A stretch of 64,000 nt of DNA from Synergistales bacterium (GCA_963666205.1 OY762654.1:704001-768000); one strand, 5' to 3'. Positions 39,876 to 49,369 are shown, numbered from the stretch's first letter. Notes: generated by a model from the sequence alone, not told the origin. Translations and numbers: made by a program.

Positions 39876-40640
39876 TCAATCGCGCATTATCCCGCCATCA
39901 ACATCAAAGATCTCACCAGTAACATGACTGGCCATATCCGACGAAAGGAACATGGCCACATCGCCTATCTCCCTGGGCTCACCAAATCTGGCAAGGGGAG
40001 TACCTGCAATGATGGCTTTCTTGTGCTCTTCAGGGATAGGATCGATCATGGTTGTCTTTATAACACCGGGACATATCGCATTGGCATTGATATTAGATGG
40101 ACCACCCTCCCGGGCCAGCCCCTTTGTGAGCCCTATTACTCCTGCTTTAGAGGCAGCATAGATAGCAGTTCCCCTGAATCCGCCACCGAGCTTTCCCGCA
40201 ATTGAGGCAATATTGACTATCTTTCCGCCTCCATTATTGATCATATGCGGGAATACGGCGTTACATGTATTAAAAGTACCTTTCAGATTTATTCCAACAA
40301 TAAAATCCCAGTCCTTCTCATTACATTCAGCAAAGGGCTTCCCGCTTGAAACCCCTGCATCATTTACCAGAACATCAATGCGCCCGAATTTACCAATGAT
40401 CTTTTCAATGCACAAGTTAACATCATGATATAAAGAAACATCAAGGGGGAGGAAGGAAACCTTCCGCCCCCTTGATGTAAGCTCATCGGTGGTCTGCAGG
40501 GCTGATGATTCGTCCAGATCAAGGATGACAACAGTTCCATTGGACTCGGCAAAGGCTTCGACAATACCTCTACCTATCCCTCGACTGCCTCCGGTAACAA
40601 CTATGACCTTTCCTGAAAAATCCATACCCAGTGCAACCAT
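39876..40640 (-). CDS. Short-chain dehydrogenase/reductase (paralog)
   Basis: TGGSRGIG, NDAG, YAASK, VDGG. Start set at ATG 40640. Confidence 0.9.
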   Translation of the reverse strand: MVALGMDFSGKVIVVTGGSRGIGRGIVEAFAESNGTVVILDLDESSALQTTDELTSRGRKVSFLPLDVSLYHDVNLCIEKIIGKFGRIDVLVNDAGVSSGKPFAECNEKDWDFIVGINLKGTFNTCNAVFPHMINNGGGKIVNIASIAGKLGGGFRGTAIYAASKAGVIGLTKGLAREGGPSNINANAICPGVIKTTMIDPIPEEHKKAIIAGTPLARFGEPREIGDVAMFLSSDMASHVTGEIFDVDGGIMRD

Positions 40641-40641
40641 G

Positions 40642-41133
40642 TTATTCCGCCTTTCCGTAAATATTAAAAAGGGGAAATTCCGTTTCGTCATCGAAAGCCC
40701 TTGTGATGGTCACGTCATCAAAGGCCTGGATCATTATTTCCATTGTGCTCATAACAGGATTTCCGCCCTCTACAAAATGGGCCCCGTGGAATCCCTGGTC
40801 GGGATCGGAGAGAACACCGTGGAGGTGAACAACGGTCTCCCCATTATCCTCATAGACACCGATCATGCCGCTTCCGCAAATGAATTCCAGGGGTCCTTCA
40901 ACATCAACAGGATCACCATATTTCGCATTCATTTTCGTCCTGGGATCAGGCAGGGCCCACACAAAACGGGCTCTGGAAAGACTTCCATGCATTGCAGTAA
41001 TGCAACCTGCCGTAACTCCATGTTCCTTACATACCGCAACCAGTCCCGTTAAAAGGTCAGTTCCCGGGAGAAGTCTTACTGCGATCTGCCTGGCCTTTAC
41101 TTCTCTTGAGGAAAAACGTATATTTCCCATCAC
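40642..41133 (-). CDS. PPC/DUF296 domain protein
   Basis: RLLPGTDL, GSL, LE....G, HLH..L.D..G..HGAH, TMEI.I. Confidence 0.85.
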   Translation of the reverse strand: MMGNIRFSSREVKARQIAVRLLPGTDLLTGLVAVCKEHGVTAGCITAMHGSLSRARFVWALPDPRTKMNAKYGDPVDVEGPLEFICGSGMIGVYEDNGETVVHLHGVLSDPDQGFHGAHFVEGGNPVMSTMEIMIQAFDDVTITRAFDDETEFPLFNIYGKAE

Positions 41134-41145
41134 AAAAACCTGCTA

Positions 41146-42126
41146 TCAGAACATTCTTCTGATAGCATCAGCTATCTTCTGGGGAGTAACCCTGTATGCC
41201 GTCTCAAGGGGTTTGGCAAATGGTACCGGAGTGAAAGGAGCACCGACCCTGACTATAGGAGCATCCAGATAGTCTATTCCCTCTTCTGCCACTATTGCAG
41301 AAAGTTCTGCTCCCACTCCGCCCTGTTTGACAGCCTCATGGGCTATGGCAAATCTGCTTGTCTTGGCTACAGATTCAAGAATGGTATCCTTATCGATGGG
41401 AGAAATGGTCCTCAGATCGATACATTCCACGCTGATTCCTTCTTTCTCCAGCATCTGTGCTGCCTCAAGGGCATGATTAAAACACAGTGAATAAGAAACC
41501 AGTGTGACATCTGAACCTTCCCTGACAACCTTGGCTTTGCCGATGGGTGTAAAATATTCTTCTTCAGGAACAGGTCCTTTACGGCTGAAAAGACTCTTAT
41601 GTTCAAAATAAATAACAGGATTATCATCCCTGATAGCAGATTTCAGAAGACCTTTAGCATCTGCCGGATTGGAAGGGATAACGACTTTGAGACCGGGAAC
41701 ATGCATAAACCAGGATTCGAGACTCTGGGAATGCTGTGCAGCAGCCTGATTGATCAATCCATCAGGTGCACGGAGGACCATGGGTACGGTCTTCTGCCCA
41801 CCGAACATGTAATGGATCTTTGCCATCTGGTTGAAGATCTCATCCATGCAGACTCCTACGAAATCGGCAAAATGCATATCAGCAATGGGCCTCATCCCTG
41901 CAAGGGCTGCTCCAACACAAGCCCCGACAATAGCCGTTTCAGTAATAGGAGTATCTTTGACCCTGTCGGATCCAAATTTCGCAGGAAGACCTTTAAACTG
42001 CCCGAAAATACCTCCCTGTCTTGCTATATCTTCTCCCATGACAAAAACTGTTTCATCACGAGTCATTTCCTCATCCATTGCTTCGAGAGTGGCCTGGGAA
42101 AAAGTAATTTCTCTCATTTTATTCAC
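41146..42126 (-). CDS. acoB: Acetoin/2-oxoacid dehydrogenase E1 beta
   Basis: MGEDI...GG.F, DTPI.E, AAQHSQ, PGLKVV.P, YFEHK. The acoB symbol is family-level only. Confidence 0.85.
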   Translation of the reverse strand: MNKMREITFSQATLEAMDEEMTRDETVFVMGEDIARQGGIFGQFKGLPAKFGSDRVKDTPITETAIVGACVGAALAGMRPIADMHFADFVGVCMDEIFNQMAKIHYMFGGQKTVPMVLRAPDGLINQAAAQHSQSLESWFMHVPGLKVVIPSNPADAKGLLKSAIRDDNPVIYFEHKSLFSRKGPVPEEEYFTPIGKAKVVREGSDVTLVSYSLCFNHALEAAQMLEKEGISVECIDLRTISPIDKDTILESVAKTSRFAIAHEAVKQGGVGAELSAIVAEEGIDYLDAPIVRVGAPFTPVPFAKPLETAYRVTPQKIADAIRRMF

Positions 42127-42131
42127 CGTCC

Positions 42132-43136
42132 CTATACATAAAGATCCTGGTAAAGTTCAGCGGGGTCTGGTTCCGGAGCCTGCATGGCAAAATCCACCGC
42201 TTCTTCGATTACTTTCCTGGCGTCGCTCTTTATCTCATCGAGTTCAGCCCGGGACATCATTTTTTCTGCCAGGACCCTTTCTTCAAAACGGGTTATGGGA
42301 TCATTCTCTGTAAATACCTTGTTTACTTCTTCCTTGGTCCTGTACATTTCAGGATCACCGACAAAATGGCCTCCTATACGGTAGGTCTTGCATTCAAGAA
42401 GGGCTGGGCCTTCTCCCTTTCTGATATTCTCGATCAGGCCCTTTGCCGCCTCGTAAACAGCAAAGACATCATTTCCGTCAACTATTACACCAGGCATACC
42501 ATAACCCTGGGCACGGTCTGCAATATCTTCGACAGAGGTCGTAGTTCTGTAGGGAGTGGTTGAAGCCCACTGATTGTTCTCACATACGAAAAGGACTGGA
42601 AGTTTCCAGGCAGCAGCCATGTTGGCCGCCTCATGGAAGGTACCACGGTTGGAAGCGCCATCTCCGAAAAAGACCACTGCTATCTCTTCTTTTCCCATCA
42701 TCTTGCTCGCAAGGGCAGAACCGGTTGCCAGGGTGTATCCACCCCCCACTATTCCATTTGCACCAAGCATTCCTACACTGAAATCGGCTATATGCATGGA
42801 ACCGCCTTTTCCCTTGCAGAATCCAGCTTTTTTGCCAAAGATCTCTGCCATCATCCTTTTAGGATCGGCACCCTTGGCTATTGTGTGGCCATGTCCCCTG
42901 TGGGTGGTCTGAATATAGTCCTTTTTTGTAAGGTTGGACATGATACCTGTTCCCGTTGCCTCTTCTCCGATGTAGACATGGACAAACCCGGGAATCACAC
43001 CAGCAAGGAATTTCTCCTGGATATTCTCTTCAAAACACCTGATCTTGCACATGATTTCGTAGAAATGTTCCAGAAGCTCCTTATTGTATTTCTTGATAGA
43101 AGAAGGAGTCTTCTTTGTTACAGGTTTAGCACACAT
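42132..43136 (-). CDS. acoA: Acetoin/2-oxoacid dehydrogenase E1 alpha
   Basis: PGFVH.Y.GEEA, THRGHGH.IAKG, GKGGSMHIAD...GMLGANGIVGG, GDGASN.G.FHE..N, GHF.GDP..YR. Confidence 0.85.
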   Translation of the reverse strand: MCAKPVTKKTPSSIKKYNKELLEHFYEIMCKIRCFEENIQEKFLAGVIPGFVHVYIGEEATGTGIMSNLTKKDYIQTTHRGHGHTIAKGADPKRMMAEIFGKKAGFCKGKGGSMHIADFSVGMLGANGIVGGGYTLATGSALASKMMGKEEIAVVFFGDGASNRGTFHEAANMAAAWKLPVLFVCENNQWASTTPYRTTTSVEDIADRAQGYGMPGVIVDGNDVFAVYEAAKGLIENIRKGEGPALLECKTYRIGGHFVGDPEMYRTKEEVNKVFTENDPITRFEERVLAEKMMSRAELDEIKSDARKVIEEAVDFAMQAPEPDPAELYQDLYV

Positions 43137-43177
43137 ACAAATACCTCCTTAACATTTTGCACTGAAAGAATCTGTGA

Positions 43178-44500
43178 TCAGCCTGCCAATGTGGGCAACC
43201 ACATTACTATTTTGGGCCAGATCAGGCACATGGCAAGGCCGGTGGCCTGAAGCATCACGAAGGGAGTCACGCCCCAATATATCTCTTTAGTTGTAACAGT
43301 CGAGGGAGCAACGCCTTTAACAAAGAAAATAGCGTAGGCAAAGGGCGGGGTAAGGAAAGACATCTGAAGATTGATACTGATCAAAAGCACGAAGTAAAGG
43401 GGATCAAGCCCAAGATGAACAGCTATGGGCAGGAAAATGGGCACCACGATATATACGATCCCAATCCAGTCAAGGAACATACCCATAATGAAAATGGAGA
43501 ACATCATGATAAAGATAACTCCCCACTTTCCAAGCCCCAGTCCAAGAAGCATGGCTTCGATAAGGGCACCGCCCCTCATGAACAGGAAGACTGACGTGAA
43601 CATCTGGGCTCCAACGATTACAAAGAAAACCATGGAGGTTACCTTGATGGTCTCCATGACTGCTCCTCTTACGGTAGCCCAGTTAAGGTTTCTGTACAGC
43701 AGTGCAATGATAATGGCACCGAGAGCACCCACACCCGAAGCCTCCGTTGGGGATGCTATCCCCAGAAGGATCGATCCCAGAACAGCGAACAGCAGACCCA
43801 GGATGGGGAGCATGTAGATTACTGTGTGAAGAAGGATAGTCCCCTTTACGGCATCCCTTTCAGCGGACGTGATGGCAGGTGCCACCGAGGGCTGGAGCCA
43901 GCACCTGATGATAATATATACAATGTAAAGGGAAGCAAGAAGAAGACCGGGAAGAAGGGCACCGGCAAAAAGCTTGGCCACCGAAAGGTTCGTCATAGGG
44001 CCAAGAACAACCAGCATTACACTGGGAGGAATAAGGATCCCAAGCGTACCTCCGGCACACACTACACCCGTGGAAAGGCCATGATCGTAGTTACGCTGAA
44101 GCATGGCGGGGAGGGCCATAAGGGTCATGGTGGTAACAGATGCAGCTATAACGCCAGTACAGGCAGCAAAGAGGGTACTGATGATGATGGTTGTCAATGC
44201 AAGACCGCCCCTGACAGGTCCAAGAAGGAGATACATGGTATTGAACAGTTTCTCCGCCGCTCCGCTCTTCTCAAGAATACATCCCATAAAGACGAACAAT
44301 GGTACCGCGATAAGGACCTCGTTCTGCATTACACCGAAGGTGTTCTGCATAAAGAGGTTCAGCATTGCAGGACCTCTGTACCAGACACCGAAGGTTACTC
44401 CAAGGAACATCATGGCAAAACCAAGGCGAACTCCAGTCATCACCATGAAGATCAAGATAAGGAGCATCGATACCGCTAAAACTTCTGGGCTCATGGTCAT
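43178..44500 (-). CDS. TRAP transporter large permease (DctM)
   Basis: AVPLF.FMG, GTLGILIPPS, SPTEA, FLTPPF. Confidence 0.92.
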   Translation of the reverse strand: MTMSPEVLAVSMLLILIFMVMTGVRLGFAMMFLGVTFGVWYRGPAMLNLFMQNTFGVMQNEVLIAVPLFVFMGCILEKSGAAEKLFNTMYLLLGPVRGGLALTTIIISTLFAACTGVIAASVTTMTLMALPAMLQRNYDHGLSTGVVCAGGTLGILIPPSVMLVVLGPMTNLSVAKLFAGALLPGLLLASLYIVYIIIRCWLQPSVAPAITSAERDAVKGTILLHTVIYMLPILGLLFAVLGSILLGIASPTEASGVGALGAIIIALLYRNLNWATVRGAVMETIKVTSMVFFVIVGAQMFTSVFLFMRGGALIEAMLLGLGLGKWGVIFIMMFSIFIMGMFLDWIGIVYIVVPIFLPIAVHLGLDPLYFVLLISINLQMSFLTPPFAYAIFFVKGVAPSTVTTKEIYWGVTPFVMLQATGLAMCLIWPKIVMWLPTLAG

Positions 44501-44997
44501 TCTTCTCCTTTAACTGCTACACGCAAATTTCGAAATAATTCCACCACACCCTGCAACATGAGCAAAGCAAACCCGATGGGTATCATGGTTTTAACCGGTC
44601 CTGCAGGGAAATGCCACAGTGTCGTCGAGAGATACTCATGCGAACTCCATGCCCTTGCGGCAAACTGGATACCTTTCCAGGTCAGGATCGCCATGATGGG
44701 CAGAAAGATAACGGCAAAAAAGAAAGAGTCGTACCATGCCTGAAATCTTTTTGGAAGGGCCGAAAAGATGATGTCAATTCTCACATGTCTTTTATGTAAC
44801 ATGGTATATCCTCCACCGAGAAGGAACATTGCGCTGAAAAGCATCCAGGCCGTATCGTAAACCCAGTCGGTGGGATTATTGAATACGTACCTGATCACGA
44901 CCTCGTAGACAACCACCGCGTTGAGGGGTAATACTATAGCGGCAGCGACCAGACCTAATTTTTCATTAACCCACTCGATAAGATCGAAAAGTCCCAT
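44497..44997 (-). CDS. TRAP transporter small permease (DctQ)
   Basis: YEV..RY.FN.PT.W, HVRID; four TM segments. Confidence 0.9.
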   Translation of the reverse strand: MGLFDLIEWVNEKLGLVAAAIVLPLNAVVVYEVVIRYVFNNPTDWVYDTAWMLFSAMFLLGGGYTMLHKRHVRIDIIFSALPKRFQAWYDSFFFAVIFLPIMAILTWKGIQFAARAWSSHEYLSTTLWHFPAGPVKTMIPIGFALLMLQGVVELFRNLRVAVKGEE

Positions 44998-45029
44998 TTT
45001 GTTACCTCCACTCCATATGGGCTATCTTC

Positions 45030-45059
45030 ATAGGAGAGCGGCATAAGCCGCTCTCCTAT
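45030..45059. terminator. Intra-operon hairpin between dctP and dctQ
   Basis: ATAGGAGAGCGGC-ATAA-GCCGCTCTCCTAT. Confidence 0.7.
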
Positions 45060-45105
45060 AATTGTTTCATTGTTGATTGGAAACAGGATACTTAACTGAT
45101 CATTC

Positions 45106-46158
45106 CTACTTGTCGAACTTGACCAGGTTATTAAGGTCCTCGTAAGATGCAAGGAATTTCTTCTGGGATTCCCAGACCTTCTTGAACATGGGGTCGTCCT
45201 GTGATTTTTCATCAAGAATCTCATAGGTCAGTCTCAAAGCGATCGCCTGATCAGCAGGAGAAAGTTTGTTGATCTCCACTCCGGCGGCCTTTATCTCGTC
45301 AAAGGCCTTTATGCTTTCAAACCAGAACTTGGCATAGCCCTCAAAGGTTGCCGAAACGGCCGCATTCTTTACGATCTCCTTGAGGTCATCAGGAAGGGCA
45401 TTGTACTTATCCGTGTTGATAATAAGCTGGAAGATATTGGAACCCATGTGAATGGGGGGACCCATGAGATATTTGCAGACCTCGTGAAGCCCAAGACCTA
45501 CGTCCATGCTCGGGAAGGCAAACTCTGCACCATCGATAACACCTCTGCGGAGGGAAGGAACCACTTCGCCGCCGGGAAGAAGGACAACGGATGCGCCGAG
45601 TTTCTGCCAGAGTTCCATGCTCAGACCGGCAGACCTGACCTTAAGTCCCTTGATGTCCCCAAGGGTTTTGACCGGCTTGGTGGTCCATATTCCTGATTCC
45701 GGAGGGGTAAGGCCAAGGGGGAAGACCTTGATTACATCGCCATACATTTCCTGCTCGAGGGTTGCGCCTTCATCACCGTACATCCAGACCAGCAGGTCAT
45801 TGGTTTCAGTTACACCAGCGGGAAGGGTGTAGAAAAGGTCTCCCGCAGGATACTGCCCCTTCTGCCAGGCAGGAGTATTCTGACCGCAGTCAAGGACGCC
45901 GTCACGGACAGATTCGAAAACAGCAGGTCCGGGAACGATCTCGCCCGAGCCATGCATTTCTATTTTAAGTCTTCCGCCACTCATTGCCTCAACTTTATCT
46001 GCCCACATGGGGAAATACATACCTACTGGAAGAGTAACGGGGAAGCAGCTCTGTCCTACCCACACTATGGGTTTATCTGCTGCAATAGCGGTACCGGAAC
46101 CGAACATAACGAAAGCCATCAGAAGTGCAATTACAAAAAGAGCAAAACCTTTTTTCAT
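45106..46158 (-). CDS. TRAP solute-binding protein (DctP, TakP-like)
   Basis: Signal peptide, MSGGRL.I....GEIV, GLKVR..G, LPGGE....L.RGVIDGAEF. Confidence 0.88.
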   Translation of the reverse strand: MKKGFALFVIALLMAFVMFGSGTAIAADKPIVWVGQSCFPVTLPVGMYFPMWADKVEAMSGGRLKIEMHGSGEIVPGPAVFESVRDGVLDCGQNTPAWQKGQYPAGDLFYTLPAGVTETNDLLVWMYGDEGATLEQEMYGDVIKVFPLGLTPPESGIWTTKPVKTLGDIKGLKVRSAGLSMELWQKLGASVVLLPGGEVVPSLRRGVIDGAEFAFPSMDVGLGLHEVCKYLMGPPIHMGSNIFQLIINTDKYNALPDDLKEIVKNAAVSATFEGYAKFWFESIKAFDEIKAAGVEINKLSPADQAIALRLTYEILDEKSQDDPMFKKVWESQKKFLASYEDLNNLVKFDK

Positions 46159-46275
46159 TATCTCATACCTCCTCTTGATAAAAAGCTGTCAGGTTTCTTA
46201 TCCTCACGCCATATCCTTGCCTAACTTATAGCCTTTGCTTCACCTCCTTAAAAGAAACAGAGACAGATACAATTT

Positions 46276-46905
46276 TCAAAGTAAACGTGTCTTGGCTCCT
46301 TTCAGATGGACATCCATCTCCCTGATAGCTCGTTCAAGGTCGCCCTCTTTCATCGCTGTCAGGATGAGTGAATGTTCTTTAACAAAAAGCTTCATATTAT
46401 CGAGAGATTCAAGCATTTTATAATTAACAGAATAAAGTCTATCCCTGAGGTTTGCCATGTATTCAACGATCATTGGATTACCATAACGCCTGAAGAGGAA
46501 TTCATGAAACTCCCTGTCAGAGCGAAGAAAACCGGGAGTATCCGTTTCCAGGATACATGAAAGCTGCTGATCGATCACAGCTGAAAGATACTGTATATCC
46601 TCTTTAGTCAGGTTGCCGGAGAGTTCACGGACAACAAACTCTTCAAGGGCTATCCTCATATCATAAATATCACGAACTTCCTGAACTGAAGTTTCAGTTA
46701 CCACTATTCCCCGATTAGGCAATACCTTTATAAAACCCTCCGACTGAAGCTGCTGGAGTGCTTCTCGAATAGGGGTCCGGCTCATCTGAAGCCTTTTGGA
46801 AAGAGAATTTTCGGAGATGCTGTAATTTCCGGCAAAATCCTGATCTGTGATTAGTCTTTTGATTTTCTGATAGGCGATTTCTTTCTTGCTTTCTTTTGGT
46901 TTCAA
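46276..46905 (-). CDS. GntR family regulator with FCD domain
   Basis: SE..L...L.MSRTPIREAL..L..EG, D.EFH, EH. Likely TTG start at 46905. Confidence 0.88.
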   Translation of the reverse strand: MKPKESKKEIAYQKIKRLITDQDFAGNYSISENSLSKRLQMSRTPIREALQQLQSEGFIKVLPNRGIVVTETSVQEVRDIYDMRIALEEFVVRELSGNLTKEDIQYLSAVIDQQLSCILETDTPGFLRSDREFHEFLFRRYGNPMIVEYMANLRDRLYSVNYKMLESLDNMKLFVKEHSLILTAMKEGDLERAIREMDVHLKGAKTRLL

Positions 46906-46936
46906 AATTATCCCCCTGGGAAAAAGCGATTGCAGC

Positions 46937-47001
46937 TTGTATGCAAGTTGGATACAACCAAAAAACAACAATAGAATATTATTTGAACACCTTTCTGTCA
47001 A
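46937..47001 (-). promoter_or_regulatory. Promoter and candidate operator of the gntR-TRAP-aco operon
   Basis: Minus strand TTGACA (47001)-N17-TATTCT. Near-palindrome TTGTATGCAAGTTGGATACAA at 46937-46957. Confidence 0.65.
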
Positions 47002-47200
47002 GTGGCCCCTCAAGTAGTCGCTAAAGTTGAAAAATTGCTTTCAATAAAGGAGAAGTTAGAAAATATTGTAGTTAATGAATTCACACATTTGGAATAAACA
47101 TATCTTTAATGGAGATATTGACATTATCCGACCTATGAATAAAACTTACCTTTATTAATGGGAAAAGAGACTCTTATCGTCCCGGAGGGAGGAAATAGAT

Positions 47201-47503
47201 CTGAAACATAAAGTATTACTGATCCATCCAGCTGATAATGTAGCTACTGCCCTGACAGATATTACTGCAGGGGATAAGGCTATTTGTTCCATAGGGGAAA
47301 AAGACATTCCTGTACTGGCAGTTGAAGATATTCCCTTCGGCCACAAGATAAGCCTTTCAGATATTTCAACAGGAATGGAAGTTATAAAATATGGGGAGAT
47401 CATAGGAAAGGCATCAGTGGAGATCCGTAAGGGACAGCATGTACATGTTCATAATCTTGAAAGTTTGCGGGGACGTGGCGACCTGGAGGTAGAGACTGAA
47501 TGA
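47201..47503 (+). CDS. UxaA/SuyA-type SAF-domain small subunit (100 aa; CTG start; not in the ORF track)
   Basis: Translates LKHKVLLIHPADNVATAL...IPFGHKI...VIKYGEIIG.A...I..G.HVHVHNLESLRGRGDL. ATGA overlap with the next gene. Confidence 0.88.
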   Translation: MKHKVLLIHPADNVATALTDITAGDKAICSIGEKDIPVLAVEDIPFGHKISLSDISTGMEVIKYGEIIGKASVEIRKGQHVHVHNLESLRGRGDLEVETE

Positions 47504-48657
47504 GACTTTATGGATATATCAGAGAAAACAATACTGCAGGCATAAGGAATCACCTTCTCATAATACCCTCGTCTGTCTGCGCCTCCACCATTTCTTCAAG
47601 GATAGCAGATCAGGTTTCAGGAGCAATATCCCTTCCCAATCAACATGGATGTGCCCAGATAAGACCAGACCTGGATCTTACATTCAGAACACTTGCCGGC
47701 TTTGGGAAAAACCCGAATGTCGGAGCTGTAATTGTTATCGGTCTGGGATGTGAAAGTCTGAAAGCAGAGGAACTTGCCAGGGAAATAAGTAAATCCGGCA
47801 AACCTGTAGAATTTCTGGAGATCCAGAGTTGCGGAGGCACCCTCTCCGCCCAGGAAAAGGGACTGAGAATCGCGACACTTCTCAGTCAAAGTCTATCTCT
47901 GTTAAAACGGGAACAGATAAGCTTCGGAGATATCGTCCTTGGTCTGGAGTGCGGGGGATCTGATACAACTTCAGGCCTTGCTGCCAATCCAGCACAGGGT
48001 CATGTATCAGATAAACTTATAGATCATGGCGGCACATCTATCCTTTCAGAAACCACGGAATTGATTGGTGCTGAACATCTCCTCGCAAAACGGGCCTTAA
48101 ATGATATCATCTCAAAAAGATTGATAGAAATAGTGAACAATTGTGAAAAAAAGGCAAAGAGTATGGGCGTGGACTTGAGGGGTAGCCAGCCGACACCAGG
48201 GAACATCGCTGGAGGATTGACCACAATAGAAGAAAAATCCCTGGGCTGCATATACAAGGGAGGGACACAACCCCTTTGCGGAGTCCTGGGTTATTCCGAA
48301 GCTCCATCTGCTAAAGGTCTCTTTATGATGGATACCCCGGGACAGGACATAGAATCAATAACAGGCATGGTAGCGGGAGGGGCACAGATTGTACTGTTCA
48401 CAACTGGAAGGGGTACCCCTACAGGATGCCCTGTAGCACCTGTCATAAAGATCACCGGAAACCCGGGAACTTACAGGATAATGGAGGAAAATATTGATAT
48501 AAACGCCGGAACCGTAATTGAAGGATCTGAGACGATCCAGGAAGCAGGAGAAAGGATCTGGCTAGAAATGATAGAAGTAATTAACGGTAAGCTAACTAAA
48601 TCCGAAAGTCTTCTTCACCGGGAATTCGGGATACACAAACTTATTTCCACATTTTAG
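47500..48657 (+). CDS. UxaA/GarD/SuyB-family hydro-lyase large subunit
   Basis: GIRNH, HGC.Q, GLGCE, ECGGSD.TSG, GN..GGLTTIEEKSLG, FTTGRG. Confidence 0.88.
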   Translation: MRLYGYIRENNTAGIRNHLLIIPSSVCASTISSRIADQVSGAISLPNQHGCAQIRPDLDLTFRTLAGFGKNPNVGAVIVIGLGCESLKAEELAREISKSGKPVEFLEIQSCGGTLSAQEKGLRIATLLSQSLSLLKREQISFGDIVLGLECGGSDTTSGLAANPAQGHVSDKLIDHGGTSILSETTELIGAEHLLAKRALNDIISKRLIEIVNNCEKKAKSMGVDLRGSQPTPGNIAGGLTTIEEKSLGCIYKGGTQPLCGVLGYSEAPSAKGLFMMDTPGQDIESITGMVAGGAQIVLFTTGRGTPTGCPVAPVIKITGNPGTYRIMEENIDINAGTVIEGSETIQEAGERIWLEMIEVINGKLTKSESLLHREFGIHKLISTF

Positions 48658-48696
48658 AAAAATATTCTGAACAGGGAGGTTTTTCGTGCAGCATAA

Positions 48697-49194
48697 TTAT
48701 GAACAGGATTTACGAACTTCTTTCATGTTAAAAAGGATAAAATCGGTTTTTTCATCATAAACTCTTTCCAGTACAATGTCCGCAAAAGACTGGATAACTA
48801 TTTCCATTGTGGCCAGAACAGGTGTTGATCCATTATCCACAATGTGACCAGCAATGGGTTCCATTTCATCAGTACCTACCGTACCATGAAGATGTACACT
48901 TATCTCTCCATCCTTAAGGCCTATCATTCCCTGGGCGCCAACAAGCTCAAGAGGCCCTTCTATCGTTATTGGTTCAAAATATCTGGCTCCTGTTTCAGAA
49001 GTTGGATCGGGGGTAACACAGACAAGGGTAACAGACCAGAGACTTCCCAACATGGTTACAATACTCCCTGCGGTAACACCCTTTGATTTGCAGATCTCTC
49101 TTATACCTTCAAAAATATCCTTACCGGGAAGCAATCGTGCCACAACTGTTTTTGAAATATTAGTTTCTACAGCATAAAAAGACTGGGATTCCAA
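48697..49194 (-). CDS. PPC/DUF296 domain protein (second copy)
   Basis: RLLPGKD, GSL, GPLELV..QG, HLHG...AGH, TMEI. TTG start at 49194 follows GGAGGGG. Confidence 0.82.
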   Translation of the reverse strand: MESQSFYAVETNISKTVVARLLPGKDIFEGIREICKSKGVTAGSIVTMLGSLWSVTLVCVTPDPTSETGARYFEPITIEGPLELVGAQGMIGLKDGEISVHLHGTVGTDEMEPIAGHIVDNGSTPVLATMEIVIQSFADIVLERVYDEKTDFILFNMKEVRKSCS

Positions 49195-49369
49195 AGTAAT
49201 TCTCCCCTCCCCATAACATTCGCCCGAAAAAAACAGCATAATTCTACCATAGAAAAGAGCAAGCCTTCAGAGCTTCATTAAAAATATGTTACCAAAGATA
49301 ACCTTAAATCCAGACCCGGAGATATATGGAGTTTTGAATCCAGAATATCACCTCCGGAACTTCAGACAA

